Shown piece by piece: positions 19,103 through 29,532 of a stretch of DNA of 39,962 nucleotides. The notes beneath the pieces are model-generated. The model did no database searches. It had not been told where the DNA came from and saw only the letters and a list, made by a program, of their open reading frames with translations. The first letter of the stretch is position 1. Each line of letters starts with the position of its first letter. The DNA lies in assembly GCA_008080735.1 (NCBI GenBank), contig SHMW01000032.1, positions 1 to 39,962 on the forward strand, read 5' to 3'. Origin of the DNA: Promethearchaeota archaeon (GTDB lineage Archaea > Asgardarchaeota > Lokiarchaeia > Sigyniarchaeales > SOKP01). Made by a program: the position numbers and the translations under genes.

Positions 19103-19126
19103 CATTTAATTAGGCATTTAATTAGG
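19103..19126 (+). repeat. 12-bp perfect tandem duplication CATTTAATTAGG x2
   Basis: Direct reading of sequence. Confidence 0.8.
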
Positions 19127-19371
19127 AAATTCCCTCATCTCTAAGATATTTACGAGGTATGTTTAGGGGATATTTATTTTATTGCAATTTCGCAGTGAAT
19201 TCTCTCTGAATTATAAATAAGTAGATGATCCTTAAAAACCTTATCATCATTTTTATAAAAAAAAGGATAAAATGCTATTGGACGAAATGAGTTCAATAAA
19301 AATCTATTTATATTCGAAGAGATTACATAATTAGAAAAGTAGATTACATTTCACATAATTAAAAAGAAACT

Positions 19372-20136
19372 ATGTCAGATTCCATTGATAAAGAAAAGAC
19401 TCAAGGAGAAACCGAGAATGAGCGTTCAACCGCACGAATAGATACGAAAATTCTCATTAAGCTCCAGAACGTCGTGAAGGATTTTGAAATTGGGGAATTT
19501 ATCGTCCGCGCGATCGATAATATAAATCTTGAAATTCAGGAAGGTGAGTTTCTCGTAATTAAAGGCCCATCGGGTGCCGGGAAAACTACCTTGCTCAACT
19601 TAATCGGAGGGTTGGACACGCCCACTAAAGGAGATATCTACTCGTTTGGAGTGCTCATCTCAGATATGAACCAAGAATCTTTGACCATCTTTCGTCTGAT
19701 GAATTCTGGATTTGTATTTCAGAACTATAATTTAATAAGTACCCTAACTGCCGAGGAAAACGTAATGTTTCCAATTAGCTTGGTGGGAGAGAGCTTATCT
19801 GAACAGAGGAGCATCGCGATTAGCTTACTAAAAAAAGTAGGGCTTGCCGAGCGGCGCGAACATCTTCCCTTTCAACTTTCGGCGGGAGAACAACAGCGGG
19901 TTGCAATAGCCAGAGCTCTTGCCAATAATCCACCAATTATCTTAGCTGACGAGCCTACTGCAAATTTAGACAAGACCACGAGCGCGTTCATCCGAGATCT
20001 TTTTGATGAGATAAAAGAGATGGGAAAAACCATCATCATAGCAACTCATGATAAATATTTATTGGAGTTGGCTGACCGGATCATCGACTTCCAAGACGGT
20101 AAAATCACAAACGAGACACACCAATCCGAAAATTAG
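19372..20136 (+). CDS. ABC transporter ATP-binding protein (LolD/MacB type)
   Basis: Walker A GPSGAGKT, GFVFQ.YNL, LSAGEQQRVAIARAL, LADEPT, H-loop. Confidence 0.95.
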   Translation: MSDSIDKEKTQGETENERSTARIDTKILIKLQNVVKDFEIGEFIVRAIDNINLEIQEGEFLVIKGPSGAGKTTLLNLIGGLDTPTKGDIYSFGVLISDMNQESLTIFRLMNSGFVFQNYNLISTLTAEENVMFPISLVGESLSEQRSIAISLLKKVGLAERREHLPFQLSAGEQQRVAIARALANNPPIILADEPTANLDKTTSAFIRDLFDEIKEMGKTIIIATHDKYLLELADRIIDFQDGKITNETHQSEN

Positions 20137-20185
20137 ATTTTAATTACAAATTACATAGAAGGATAACTAAACTCCGGAAAAGAAT

Positions 20186-22105
20186 ATGTCGTTTGATTTC
20201 GCACTAAAGGATTTTTATAGGAAGAGACGTCAAAACTTCCCCTATATGCTTACAATTGCTCTTACGATTGCTGTCACGATTTTCCTTATTTATTTTACTA
20301 ATGCCCTAGACCTCAACTATTTTATAACACAAGAGAATAATTACACAAATCCTTATTTCTTCTCTGGGAGCATTAATATAGTGTTTAGTCAATTTAATAC
20401 GATTCTGATAGTCTTGATATTCGCCTTGGCAGTTGTTATGGTCACAATCATTTGCTCATCATTTATCGTTAGTAAAAAACGAGATATCACTATCATGAAA
20501 GCATTAGGGACTCTTCCAGAAAAATTATACAGTTTCTATTTGCTGGAAGCATTTATCATCTTTCTCTTAGGATTTTTCTTTGGGTGGCTTATTGGAATTA
20601 TCGGGTACGGAATTTTTAGTATAATTTATTCTACGGTTTTTATTCAAATAACCTTCCAAATTGAGGTCATTTTTTCGATTATGTTATTTATTCTCTGTAC
20701 TTTCGCATCCTTAGGTTTACCGGGACTTCAGCTAAGGAAATATGGTAGGGCAAATGTGATCAAAAGCTTTTCGAAAGAGCTTCCCTCGGATTTTAATGCC
20801 GTAGATCAGTTAAAATTGGTACCAAAATGGCTTTCTGCATTTGGATTGAATTTAAAATATGCGATTTTGAATCTTGTGCGGAAGAAAAGTAAATTCAAGC
20901 GGTTTTTTGCCGTGTTTTTTACAATCTCCCTCATATTATTTACAATAGGTTTGGGAGCATTAGTCCTTCACACCTCATCCTCCACGTGGATTGAGAAAGC
21001 ACAGGGGGATGAGATAATAATCATAGGACACAAGGATGTGGTAAGCAATTACTCATCGATGTATCAGATGTTTGCCGATCCATCGGTCTTTGTAAATGAG
21101 CAGAGTGTAAATTTTACACGCTCTGAGTATCTGTTTAATTTTAGCCAAATCTCACAAATTGCCTCAATTGAGGAGGTACAGCGCATAGATCAGAGGATTG
21201 TTGACTTTTCGATGGTAAAGGAGCTCATCACCTATAAACCTATAGATGTAGGGCAATATGTTCAAATCGGTGATGGTACCATCGGGAAATTTCCAATAAT
21301 TGGACTAAATTCGAGCGATCTTATCCAAGAATTTGAAATTGAGGGAAAGTTATTCAATAGCAGTAATCCAGTTGAAAAAAATGTTACTATTGGCGATGGA
21401 CTTGCATATAACTTTTTCGAGCTGGCCTTTGATCAAGAACTTGAATTTATTGATTCTGGCGAGCGATTCTCCGTTTCGGGAATAGTTATCGACAGTTTCT
21501 ATTCGGGGTATGCGGTCTATGTAGATATTAAAAAATATTGGTCAATACTCAATTTTACCAACAATGAGATTAATCTGATTCAACTCCAGATAGCCCCAAA
21601 TAGCTACGACCAAGTTAAGAATCAATTAGAATCGAATATTAGCATCTATTTGGGACCAGATTTTACTCATATTCGATTAGAGGCGGATTTTGAAAAGAAC
21701 TTGGCGTTTTTAGATTATTTATCCTCATATTCCGTGTTTCTGATTATTTTAACATCAATAGTATCAATATTTTCATTATATCATTTCCAGAAGGGTGATC
21801 TCTCTGAGAAATTAAAGGATTTCTTGATCATGCGGGCTATCGGTTCAAAATTAACAAACATAGGTAAGATCCTTTTCTTTGAAGGCTTTTTTATTTTGGT
21901 TCCATCAGTCCTCGCCAGTTTAGCAGGAGGGATGATAATCAATACGGTCTTTCTCTTTGAAAGAATAGCGCTTCCTGCCATAGGTATCCCATTCTTATTA
22001 GCGGGAATCGTAATTGGGGCTTTACTGATCTTAAATTTAGTAGTGCTAATTCCAATCTTAAAAAGAATAAACAAGTCTTCTCTTCGAGAATTGAAAATAT
22101 TTTAA
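20186..22105 (+). CDS. ABC transporter permease, FtsX/MacB-like with two FtsX domains
   Basis: Multiple TMs; two R.I..MKALG / MRAIG...E motifs; large extracytoplasmic loop. Confidence 0.88.
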   Translation: MSFDFALKDFYRKRRQNFPYMLTIALTIAVTIFLIYFTNALDLNYFITQENNYTNPYFFSGSINIVFSQFNTILIVLIFALAVVMVTIICSSFIVSKKRDITIMKALGTLPEKLYSFYLLEAFIIFLLGFFFGWLIGIIGYGIFSIIYSTVFIQITFQIEVIFSIMLFILCTFASLGLPGLQLRKYGRANVIKSFSKELPSDFNAVDQLKLVPKWLSAFGLNLKYAILNLVRKKSKFKRFFAVFFTISLILFTIGLGALVLHTSSSTWIEKAQGDEIIIIGHKDVVSNYSSMYQMFADPSVFVNEQSVNFTRSEYLFNFSQISQIASIEEVQRIDQRIVDFSMVKELITYKPIDVGQYVQIGDGTIGKFPIIGLNSSDLIQEFEIEGKLFNSSNPVEKNVTIGDGLAYNFFELAFDQELEFIDSGERFSVSGIVIDSFYSGYAVYVDIKKYWSILNFTNNEINLIQLQIAPNSYDQVKNQLESNISIYLGPDFTHIRLEADFEKNLAFLDYLSSYSVFLIILTSIVSIFSLYHFQKGDLSEKLKDFLIMRAIGSKLTNIGKILFFEGFFILVPSVLASLAGGMIINTVFLFERIALPAIGIPFLLAGIVIGALLILNLVVLIPILKRINKSSLRELKIF

Positions 22106-22152
22106 AAATATTTCCACATTACTGAATCTTAAATACTATTATGAGGTAAAGT

Positions 22153-23076
22153 ATGAATGATGAGAAATATCGAATTTTAATCGACTGCGACCCCGGCTTA
22201 GGGAAGAAAGGAGCGGATGTGGATGACGGTCTAGCCCTATTTATAATATTAAATAATCCAGAACGCTTCCAAGTGGAGGGAATCACCACTGTGTTTGGAA
22301 ATACACGTCTTACTAAAGGTTTTAGATTATTAGAAGAATATTTGGACATGAAAGGTGCGATGAATATTCCCCACCATAAAGGAGCAAAAAGCGCAGCAGA
22401 TTTGGGGGTCTCTACTGAAGCTAGTAACTTTTTAGTGGATATGGTTAAGAAAAATCCCGGAGAGATTATATTAATAAGTTTAGGACCCTTAACCAACATT
22501 GCAACAGCTTTACATACATATCCCGAATTTCTTAACAATGTAAAAGAATATGTCTTTATGGGGGGTGTGATAAATCCGGTTGATGCCTTTAGCAAGAAAT
22601 TTACGTTTGGTGATGAGCTATTTGTGAAAAACGAATTTAATTTTAACCAAGACCCTCAAGCTACCAAAACGGTAATTGAAGCTCAATCCCAAACTCCGAG
22701 AGTGGGATTTGGTTTAGACATTTGCTGCCAAGCCGTATTCAAAAAAGAACATCTAGACCGAATTAAAAATGCCAAAAACCCACTTACCGAATACATTTTA
22801 GAAGATCTAGAATATTGGTTAAACCTCTGGGAGCATAACAAAAGCAAAGGGTTTTTCCCATTTGATACATTTGTACCTCTCTATTTAATGAATCGGGAAT
22901 TATTCTCATTTAATAATTACTATCTTAGGGTGGACACAGAACAAGTACCGGGTATGCTCATAAAAACACAAAAAGAAAGTGGATTATACTATCCCGTGAA
23001 TTTTTGTATGGGATTTTCCACCGATTCTGGCCCAGAAATATTTATGGAGAAACTCCTTTCAAATCTCTTAAAATGA
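22153..23076 (+). CDS. Nucleoside hydrolase family protein
   Basis: DCDPG...DVDD, ITTVFGN, LGPLTNIA, MGG, EFNF..DP. Confidence 0.9.
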   Translation: MNDEKYRILIDCDPGLGKKGADVDDGLALFIILNNPERFQVEGITTVFGNTRLTKGFRLLEEYLDMKGAMNIPHHKGAKSAADLGVSTEASNFLVDMVKKNPGEIILISLGPLTNIATALHTYPEFLNNVKEYVFMGGVINPVDAFSKKFTFGDELFVKNEFNFNQDPQATKTVIEAQSQTPRVGFGLDICCQAVFKKEHLDRIKNAKNPLTEYILEDLEYWLNLWEHNKSKGFFPFDTFVPLYLMNRELFSFNNYYLRVDTEQVPGMLIKTQKESGLYYPVNFCMGFSTDSGPEIFMEKLLSNLLK

Positions 23077-23096
23077 AGAGCCAATGATTCGCGTAT

Positions 23097-25694
23097 TTAT
23101 AATTTAATCTCTACAGAAAATTTCACATTTTTCTCTATCTTTATTTTATTTGGTAATGGATATACCCTTTCTGTACCATCTGCTGTTTGATGGATTATCT
23201 TTTTAATCATCAAATCTGATCTAAATGATTTAATTACAGTAAATTTGATTTCGTTGGATGATTGATCGTATTCCATTAGAAGCCAAAAATCAGGAAAAAA
23301 CAATGGGATGCTCATTTTTTCTATTCTGGGGATAAATCGAGGGGAAATTATTAAGTGATCTTCGAATCCGTTATAGGAGGCACCTGTCAATGCATTTAAA
23401 ACCGCCCACATAACTGGATGCGTCATATATATATGTCCTTTTTGACCCCAATGGTCTAAGTCCCAAGGAAATCCTTCATAATAACCTTTTTCCCAGATTT
23501 TCTTAATAATTTCAAGACCTTCTTCAACTCTATTGAGATATATTGCTTCAAAAGCTTGGTATGCTAATGTCTGCCAAGGATTATTCACATGGAATTTTTT
23601 CTTTAATATTACCCTTACGGGAATCTCATTTCCTTCTATATCCGCTTCCCTATAAATTAATGGGCGGGTTCTTTTATCCCCGATAATAGAAATGTCATGG
23701 GAATTTACTAATGCTTTTGATTGCCATTCACTATGAGAGTATGCTTTATTGTAATCGACCACGGGACCTAATCCACAGAATCTACTAATCCAATCTCCGG
23801 CAAGAGCACTGGTAAAAACTGTATAACCGCGTTCGCATGTTTTAAAGAATCCTTCGGGCGTATTTTCACCACCCTGGGGAATCCATAAACGATCTTGATA
23901 AGATTGATTGGTGGCCCTATATTGCTTTTTATAATTGGTGATAAAGTTCTTTAGATCCTCAACTTTTTTGGGATCTTCTTTTTCCATCACATTTTTTAAA
24001 AGCTCTGCAAGATATATCGCCATCCTAAGCGTTGCAAGATGAAGTACGGCAGTATATATGAAGCATGGCTGGTATTTTTTATAATCATAGGTTGTTATGC
24101 CCTCTGGAACATCATTCACCAGTGTTTCATCAAGATAATTCATCATATCGGGAATTTTTTGCCAAACTCGTTTTAGTAGATCTATATCCCATGATTGTAT
24201 TATATGCTTTCCGATCTGGAGGATAAATGATTGCGGAAGATCTACCCAATGGCTTGTCCGATTAAAAAACTTGATCGGTTCTCCATAGGGAATATCTTTC
24301 GTGCCTAGTGCGATATCCGCATGTCCATTTCCGTGGGGAACTTTTCCGTTTTTAGTTAATTTAAAAAATCCAATAAGTTCATTTTTATCTAATGAAGGAA
24401 AGAGCATATAGGAATAGGGATGGGACGCAAGACGTTGGTCAATCGTTCCAGTTAACGCTCCAAATGGCCAATCCCACGGAACCCCTTCCATCATATAGAA
24501 TTCTCCTTCTCTTGTGAGTGCGGTATTAATTAACATAGAATCTGTAGAGTTTAATATATAGGTTTTTAACCAATTCGGCAGAGTAGATTTTTCAATCAGA
24601 TCCACGATTTCTCTGGAGCGGATCTCAAGTCGGTTCCTTTCCGTAACTACATACTGTATCATCTGCTCTGGGCTTGAAAAATGCTGAAGATAATAATGCC
24701 CATAATCTTTTCCGTTATGAATACCTAACAATTTTCTAAGGCGCTGCTTTTTCTCAATAATATAATAAGGGGTCCACCATAATACATAGAAATTAATTGT
24801 CATTTTTTCTTTTGGTTGCAGTTCAAACTTGATGGCAAACGCACCTGCATTTCCAGAAGATTCGGTAGAACGTAGAATTCCATTTTGCGTAAAATGCTCC
24901 CAAAAATCTATGGATTGCTTTTTTGAATCCCAAGAGGGACACGTGCTCAAAATTGATTCGTTAAACTTGCTAAAATCAGAAAAGATGAAATATTGACCGA
25001 TTACGCGTTTTCTTGGATTATTTGATTTATAATTTTGTGTAGTACCAAATCGAACACCAATAAGATTATCAAATTTAAAATTATCCCCATAATTCCCTTT
25101 AATAGATGTATAGCTTACAGGACCACTCAACGGAAGGAGGTATTTACTACATCCACTGCCACCGATGCCCAAGATATTTTCAAATGAGAATAAAATGGAG
25201 CTTTCTACAGAATACTGATTCCGGTTATTAATTTCCATCTTAAAAAATGCGACGGGTAGAGAGGAATCCTTCACGTTATGAGGTATTAAAGATGTAAACC
25301 CCGTAAGTTTAAGTTGAATTGGAAGATCTTCGTCGGTATAATTCAAATCAAAAATTGGGATCCTGCCTCGAAATTCAGTGTGTTGAATTGACTCAACGTT
25401 AGAAAATTCTTCTCCACCTTGATACCCTCTTCGGAGTATTTTGGCCACTTTCCTGCCATTTGCTTTTGTCCATACAGCAAAAAAAGTGCCTTTCGGATAT
25501 TCCGCCTCAGCAATACTTTTGAACCAATTATGATTTGTACGGAATTTTCCGAACCCTCCGTTTGTAAAAATAGAAAATCCACCCGTTCCAATACCTCCTA
25601 AAGGAAATCCTCGAGAAGTACAGTAGTCGTGGATAGTTCCGTTTTCCTCATCATAATCCACATTTATATCAAATTTTTGACTATTCTCATTCAT
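23097..25694 (-). CDS. GH116 glycoside hydrolase (GBA2-like glucosylceramidase / beta-glycosidase)
   Basis: G.PLGGIGTG, P.N.KDSSLP, E-G..W...GTID.R, PH, W.DL, TYD. Confidence 0.88.
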   Translation of the reverse strand: MNENSQKFDINVDYDEENGTIHDYCTSRGFPLGGIGTGGFSIFTNGGFGKFRTNHNWFKSIAEAEYPKGTFFAVWTKANGRKVAKILRRGYQGGEEFSNVESIQHTEFRGRIPIFDLNYTDEDLPIQLKLTGFTSLIPHNVKDSSLPVAFFKMEINNRNQYSVESSILFSFENILGIGGSGCSKYLLPLSGPVSYTSIKGNYGDNFKFDNLIGVRFGTTQNYKSNNPRKRVIGQYFIFSDFSKFNESILSTCPSWDSKKQSIDFWEHFTQNGILRSTESSGNAGAFAIKFELQPKEKMTINFYVLWWTPYYIIEKKQRLRKLLGIHNGKDYGHYYLQHFSSPEQMIQYVVTERNRLEIRSREIVDLIEKSTLPNWLKTYILNSTDSMLINTALTREGEFYMMEGVPWDWPFGALTGTIDQRLASHPYSYMLFPSLDKNELIGFFKLTKNGKVPHGNGHADIALGTKDIPYGEPIKFFNRTSHWVDLPQSFILQIGKHIIQSWDIDLLKRVWQKIPDMMNYLDETLVNDVPEGITTYDYKKYQPCFIYTAVLHLATLRMAIYLAELLKNVMEKEDPKKVEDLKNFITNYKKQYRATNQSYQDRLWIPQGGENTPEGFFKTCERGYTVFTSALAGDWISRFCGLGPVVDYNKAYSHSEWQSKALVNSHDISIIGDKRTRPLIYREADIEGNEIPVRVILKKKFHVNNPWQTLAYQAFEAIYLNRVEEGLEIIKKIWEKGYYEGFPWDLDHWGQKGHIYMTHPVMWAVLNALTGASYNGFEDHLIISPRFIPRIEKMSIPLFFPDFWLLMEYDQSSNEIKFTVIKSFRSDLMIKKIIHQTADGTERVYPLPNKIKIEKNVKFSVEIKL

Positions 25695-25814
25695 TTTATT
25701 CCATTTAAATAATTTTTATGGTAACGTTAAATTATGGATATCTAAAATAAATATTTAATTAAAAAAAAGCCTAAAGGAATCTATTTTAAGATAAAATAAA
25801 GTAGTAAATCATTT

Positions 25815-26681
25815 TTAGAAAATCATATTATTGCTTCCAAAAACTCTAATTTTTTCCTTGACATTCTCCTTATATGTTTTATAAACTACGGGATCAATAT
25901 CTTGATAATAAACTTCTCCATTGATATTATTTAATTTTTGTTTTACTGCTTCGGCGACTGCGTTTGATGTACGCGAGAAAAAATTGATTTTTGAAATCCC
26001 GTTCTTTATGGCTTTTTTAAAATCGTTATCTGATACTCCCGAGCCTCCGTGAAGTACCAAGGGAACCTCAGAAAGTCTATTAATCTCTTGCAATAAATCA
26101 AAATCCAATTTGGGTTTTTCTAAACAAATTCCATGAGCGGTTCCAATCGAGATTGCGAGCGCATCGACATGTGTTTCTTCTATAAAACTTACCGCCTCTT
26201 CGGGATTTGTGTAGATAAGATCATCTTCAATCTGTGCATCTCCGTCTGGATTGCCCTCCTCCATAGCGACATGCCCAATCTCAGCTTCTACAGAGATTCC
26301 TAAAGCATGGGCAATTTTACAAATTTCCCTTGTATTTTGTACATTTTTTTCATAGGAAAGAGAAGAACCATCATACATTATTCCTGAAGCCCCATATCTC
26401 AAAGCAGAAATGACTGAGGAAAAACTTTTTCCGTGGTCCAGATGTACAGTTACGGGAACTTTCGCCTTTTTCGCTATTTTTACCATTAGTGGAAAAATAA
26501 TATCAAAAGAAATTCGGTCAGAATGTGCGTCACCGAACGCTAAAATAACGGGGGATTTCTCTTCTTCTGCCGCATCAATTACAGCTTTTATCATTTGAAT
26601 GCTTAAGACATTAAAATTACCAACAGCATATTTCTGTTCTCTGGCAGGCTCTAAAATCTCCTTTAAGCTTACTAACGTCAT
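25815..26681 (-). CDS. Class II fructose/tagatose-bisphosphate aldolase
   Basis: VHLDHG, M.DGS, VEAEIGH, LAISIGTAHG, PLVLHGGSG, KIN. Confidence 0.95.
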   Translation of the reverse strand: MTLVSLKEILEPAREQKYAVGNFNVLSIQMIKAVIDAAEEEKSPVILAFGDAHSDRISFDIIFPLMVKIAKKAKVPVTVHLDHGKSFSSVISALRYGASGIMYDGSSLSYEKNVQNTREICKIAHALGISVEAEIGHVAMEEGNPDGDAQIEDDLIYTNPEEAVSFIEETHVDALAISIGTAHGICLEKPKLDFDLLQEINRLSEVPLVLHGGSGVSDNDFKKAIKNGISKINFFSRTSNAVAEAVKQKLNNINGEVYYQDIDPVVYKTYKENVKEKIRVFGSNNMIF

Positions 26682-26800
26682 TATTGTTTCATAAATATGT
26701 TCTTAGGTTAATAATAAGATAATTATTAATTAAATGAATGGTCGCGAATTAATGAAATCTTTGATCCATTGGATAATAGATTGGAATAAATAGAGTTAAA

Positions 26801-28009
26801 TTAAAAATTATGTGGAAATTCGGATATATCATGATCTATATATTCCATATAATACTTTAAGAATTGGATTAATTGATCAAAGGTTGGAGCTTGACCTGTC
26901 CGAATAAAAATTCCGGTGATTCCATTTCCAATTAGTAATGCCTCAGCGGGATCTAAGCCGCAGCAAAGAGCTGAAGATATTCCCGCATTAAAATATTCCC
27001 CCGCTCCAATAGTATATTTGGGTTTTGAGGTAAATCCTTGACGAATATAACAATGATCCCCGCTCCGAAGCGAGATAGTGGCGAAATGAGGGGTGTGAAT
27101 TACCAAATATGAGAGATTCAATTCAGAATTGATTGCTCTCCCGCCCTCCGATAAATCGAGATGATTTGGTATATCATTCTTAAATATATCAACCTTATCT
27201 AACAATTTACAAATATCCATTGCCTCTTGATCATTTAAGCTTAATACTACTGGCACTAGATCGTTTATCTGGCGTAAAATTTCAAGCATCTTTTCAATAT
27301 CATTAGATTTTCTTTTTTTTAAGTCCGCCAAATCGACAAAGAATAATTTGTTTTCCAGATTATCTATTGATGGAAGAATCCAGTCAATCATCTTTGTCCA
27401 AATATTATTGAAATAAGGTAATGATGCCCAATGTCCAAAACCCATCAAATCTGAATTAGTTATCATTGATATTATATTGTCTAATCCGACTCTATCCATC
27501 AATAAATCCCAATCAATATTCATTATATTCGCAAAATCTGGCAATAAAACCTTTCCATCATCAAATTCTAATCCCAAGGTTTCACCCGGATTGGAAAAAT
27601 TGACTAAATCAACTCCGCCTAGTTCCTTGAATGGGAGAAATTGTTTTTTGACTTCGGGATATCCAACAGCAGCAACCAGATTTATCTTAATTCCTAAACT
27701 CTGCATTGCTTTTGCAGTATTTGGAGCAAATCCTCCTGACGTCCTTTTTTTCAATATACGTTCGATATTTGTAGCACTACCTGCAGCTTGTTTGACGATA
27801 TTTCCAAAAGTACTCATTTTGTCCATCTTAATATATTCTTTTGAATCTTTTCGGGACTTTACAAGGGTATAGAGAGAATCAATGTATCCGTCAAACCCTA
27901 AAAAACAGATTTTTGATTTTAACTGAATTCGAAATGTTTTTAATTTAGATTTTATTGAGCTATATGCGTCCGATGTAATATCATATGTATTTCTCTTTTT
28001 ATACTCCAT
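26801..28009 (-). CDS. PfkB/ribokinase-like protein
   Basis: GFDG.ID, GG..PN, LN..EA, C-terminal T.GAGE.FNAG; ATG 28009 after GAGGAG. Confidence 0.7.
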   Translation of the reverse strand: MEYKKRNTYDITSDAYSSIKSKLKTFRIQLKSKICFLGFDGYIDSLYTLVKSRKDSKEYIKMDKMSTFGNIVKQAAGSATNIERILKKRTSGGFAPNTAKAMQSLGIKINLVAAVGYPEVKKQFLPFKELGGVDLVNFSNPGETLGLEFDDGKVLLPDFANIMNIDWDLLMDRVGLDNIISMITNSDLMGFGHWASLPYFNNIWTKMIDWILPSIDNLENKLFFVDLADLKKRKSNDIEKMLEILRQINDLVPVVLSLNDQEAMDICKLLDKVDIFKNDIPNHLDLSEGGRAINSELNLSYLVIHTPHFATISLRSGDHCYIRQGFTSKPKYTIGAGEYFNAGISSALCCGLDPAEALLIGNGITGIFIRTGQAPTFDQLIQFLKYYMEYIDHDISEFPHNF

Positions 28010-28165
28010 AGACAATACTCCTCGATTTAGATTTGCTAACTTATATGTATAATCTTTATTAAGAATTCTGATTGACAAATAATAATAGTTATGAATTTTA
28101 TATTATATATAGAATATCTTTTAGCATATTTTAAATGAAAATTATAAATCAAGGGGGTCAAAAAT

Positions 28166-29515
28166 ATGTCTGAGGAAGCTCTGCGGGCTCGTATTAATGA
28201 TTTAGAAAATGAATTAAAACAAAAAAATACAGAAATAAACTCCTATTTGGATCGTATAGAAGGATTAGAGAGTAATGTGATGAAATTGGAGGGATTAATC
28301 CAAGAGGCAGAGGCAGAAGGCACATTTGACCCGCAAAAAGTCCAAGACACCAAACTTTCCATAGAACTAAAAGAAAAGGAAAGGGAAATGAGGGAACTTA
28401 AAAATAAGATGGGCTTTCTTAGAAAGGAGAAAATCGAGTTACAAAAAAAATTAGAGCAACAACAATATCAACCAAAAAAAGAGTCCACTGTAATTCGAAT
28501 TAAAGAGAAAACTGAAACGGGTCCATTCGATGGATTAGTCAAAGAATTACAGACAAAAATCAATAAACAACAAGCCCTAATTAAGCAACTGAAAGATGGT
28601 GGTACTGTCGCTGAAAAACCTGAAAGCCAACTTGAAAAAGAACTCCAACTTAAAAACAAAACAATCGAAGAGCTAGAATCAAAAATAGTAAGATTGGAGG
28701 AAAAGTTGGAGTCTATCAACTCTCAAAATGCTCCAGAAGGCGGTTCCGATCAAATGTCATTGAGCTTAACGGAAGAATTACAGGATAAACTAAACAGAAC
28801 GAAACGAAGGGTTCTTCACCTTCAAGAAAGACTTTCAAAATACGAAGAAGTTAAAGATACCTTGGGATTAACTGCGGCTGAAGAACAGATGTATACCTCG
28901 CAAGAAGAGTTTCAACAACTTCGGAGGGAACTGAGTGCTAAAACTCAAAAGATTCAAGAGCTTAAAGAAACCATTTCCTGTTTGGAAGATGGTCAATCCG
29001 AGAAAAAATCACCAGAAATATTGACCGGTCCCGAGATGATTTCGGAATTGACGGAAGAACTTCAGAAGAAATTAAATAAAGCTAAAATACGAATTCAACA
29101 ATTAGAAAATGAACTCGAAAGTAAACCAGGAGCTAAAACCGTCTCATCAACTCAATTGGATCAAATGCAAGAGGTAATTTCTGAAAAAGACCAAACTATC
29201 GAGAATCTAAAAACCACCCTTGAATCTAAAGATAAAATGGTTAAGAATAAGCAAGAAGAGCTTGAGACCATAAAAAATGAAGCAATGAAATGTAATTCCG
29301 AAATTGAAAAACTTAAACATACCCTTGATTCGAAAGAAGACCAGATTGAGTCTCTTAAAAGCCAGCTGGCCACTGTTCAACAAGATTCAGAGCAGAAAAC
29401 CTCTCAATCAGAGAACGCGATCTCCCTTCGGGTGAGGGAACTTAAAAATCTGGTAAAAGAACTTAAAAAAGAGAACGCACAGCAATTAGTTGAAATTTCC
29501 GAATTAAGAAAATAA
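28166..29515 (+). CDS. Long segmented coiled-coil protein
   Basis: E/K/Q/L-rich heptads with repeated L(T/V)EELQxKLN motif. Confidence 0.8.
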   Translation: MSEEALRARINDLENELKQKNTEINSYLDRIEGLESNVMKLEGLIQEAEAEGTFDPQKVQDTKLSIELKEKEREMRELKNKMGFLRKEKIELQKKLEQQQYQPKKESTVIRIKEKTETGPFDGLVKELQTKINKQQALIKQLKDGGTVAEKPESQLEKELQLKNKTIEELESKIVRLEEKLESINSQNAPEGGSDQMSLSLTEELQDKLNRTKRRVLHLQERLSKYEEVKDTLGLTAAEEQMYTSQEEFQQLRRELSAKTQKIQELKETISCLEDGQSEKKSPEILTGPEMISELTEELQKKLNKAKIRIQQLENELESKPGAKTVSSTQLDQMQEVISEKDQTIENLKTTLESKDKMVKNKQEELETIKNEAMKCNSEIEKLKHTLDSKEDQIESLKSQLATVQQDSEQKTSQSENAISLRVRELKNLVKELKKENAQQLVEISELRK

Positions 29516-29532
29516 CGCCACACCTTGAAATT

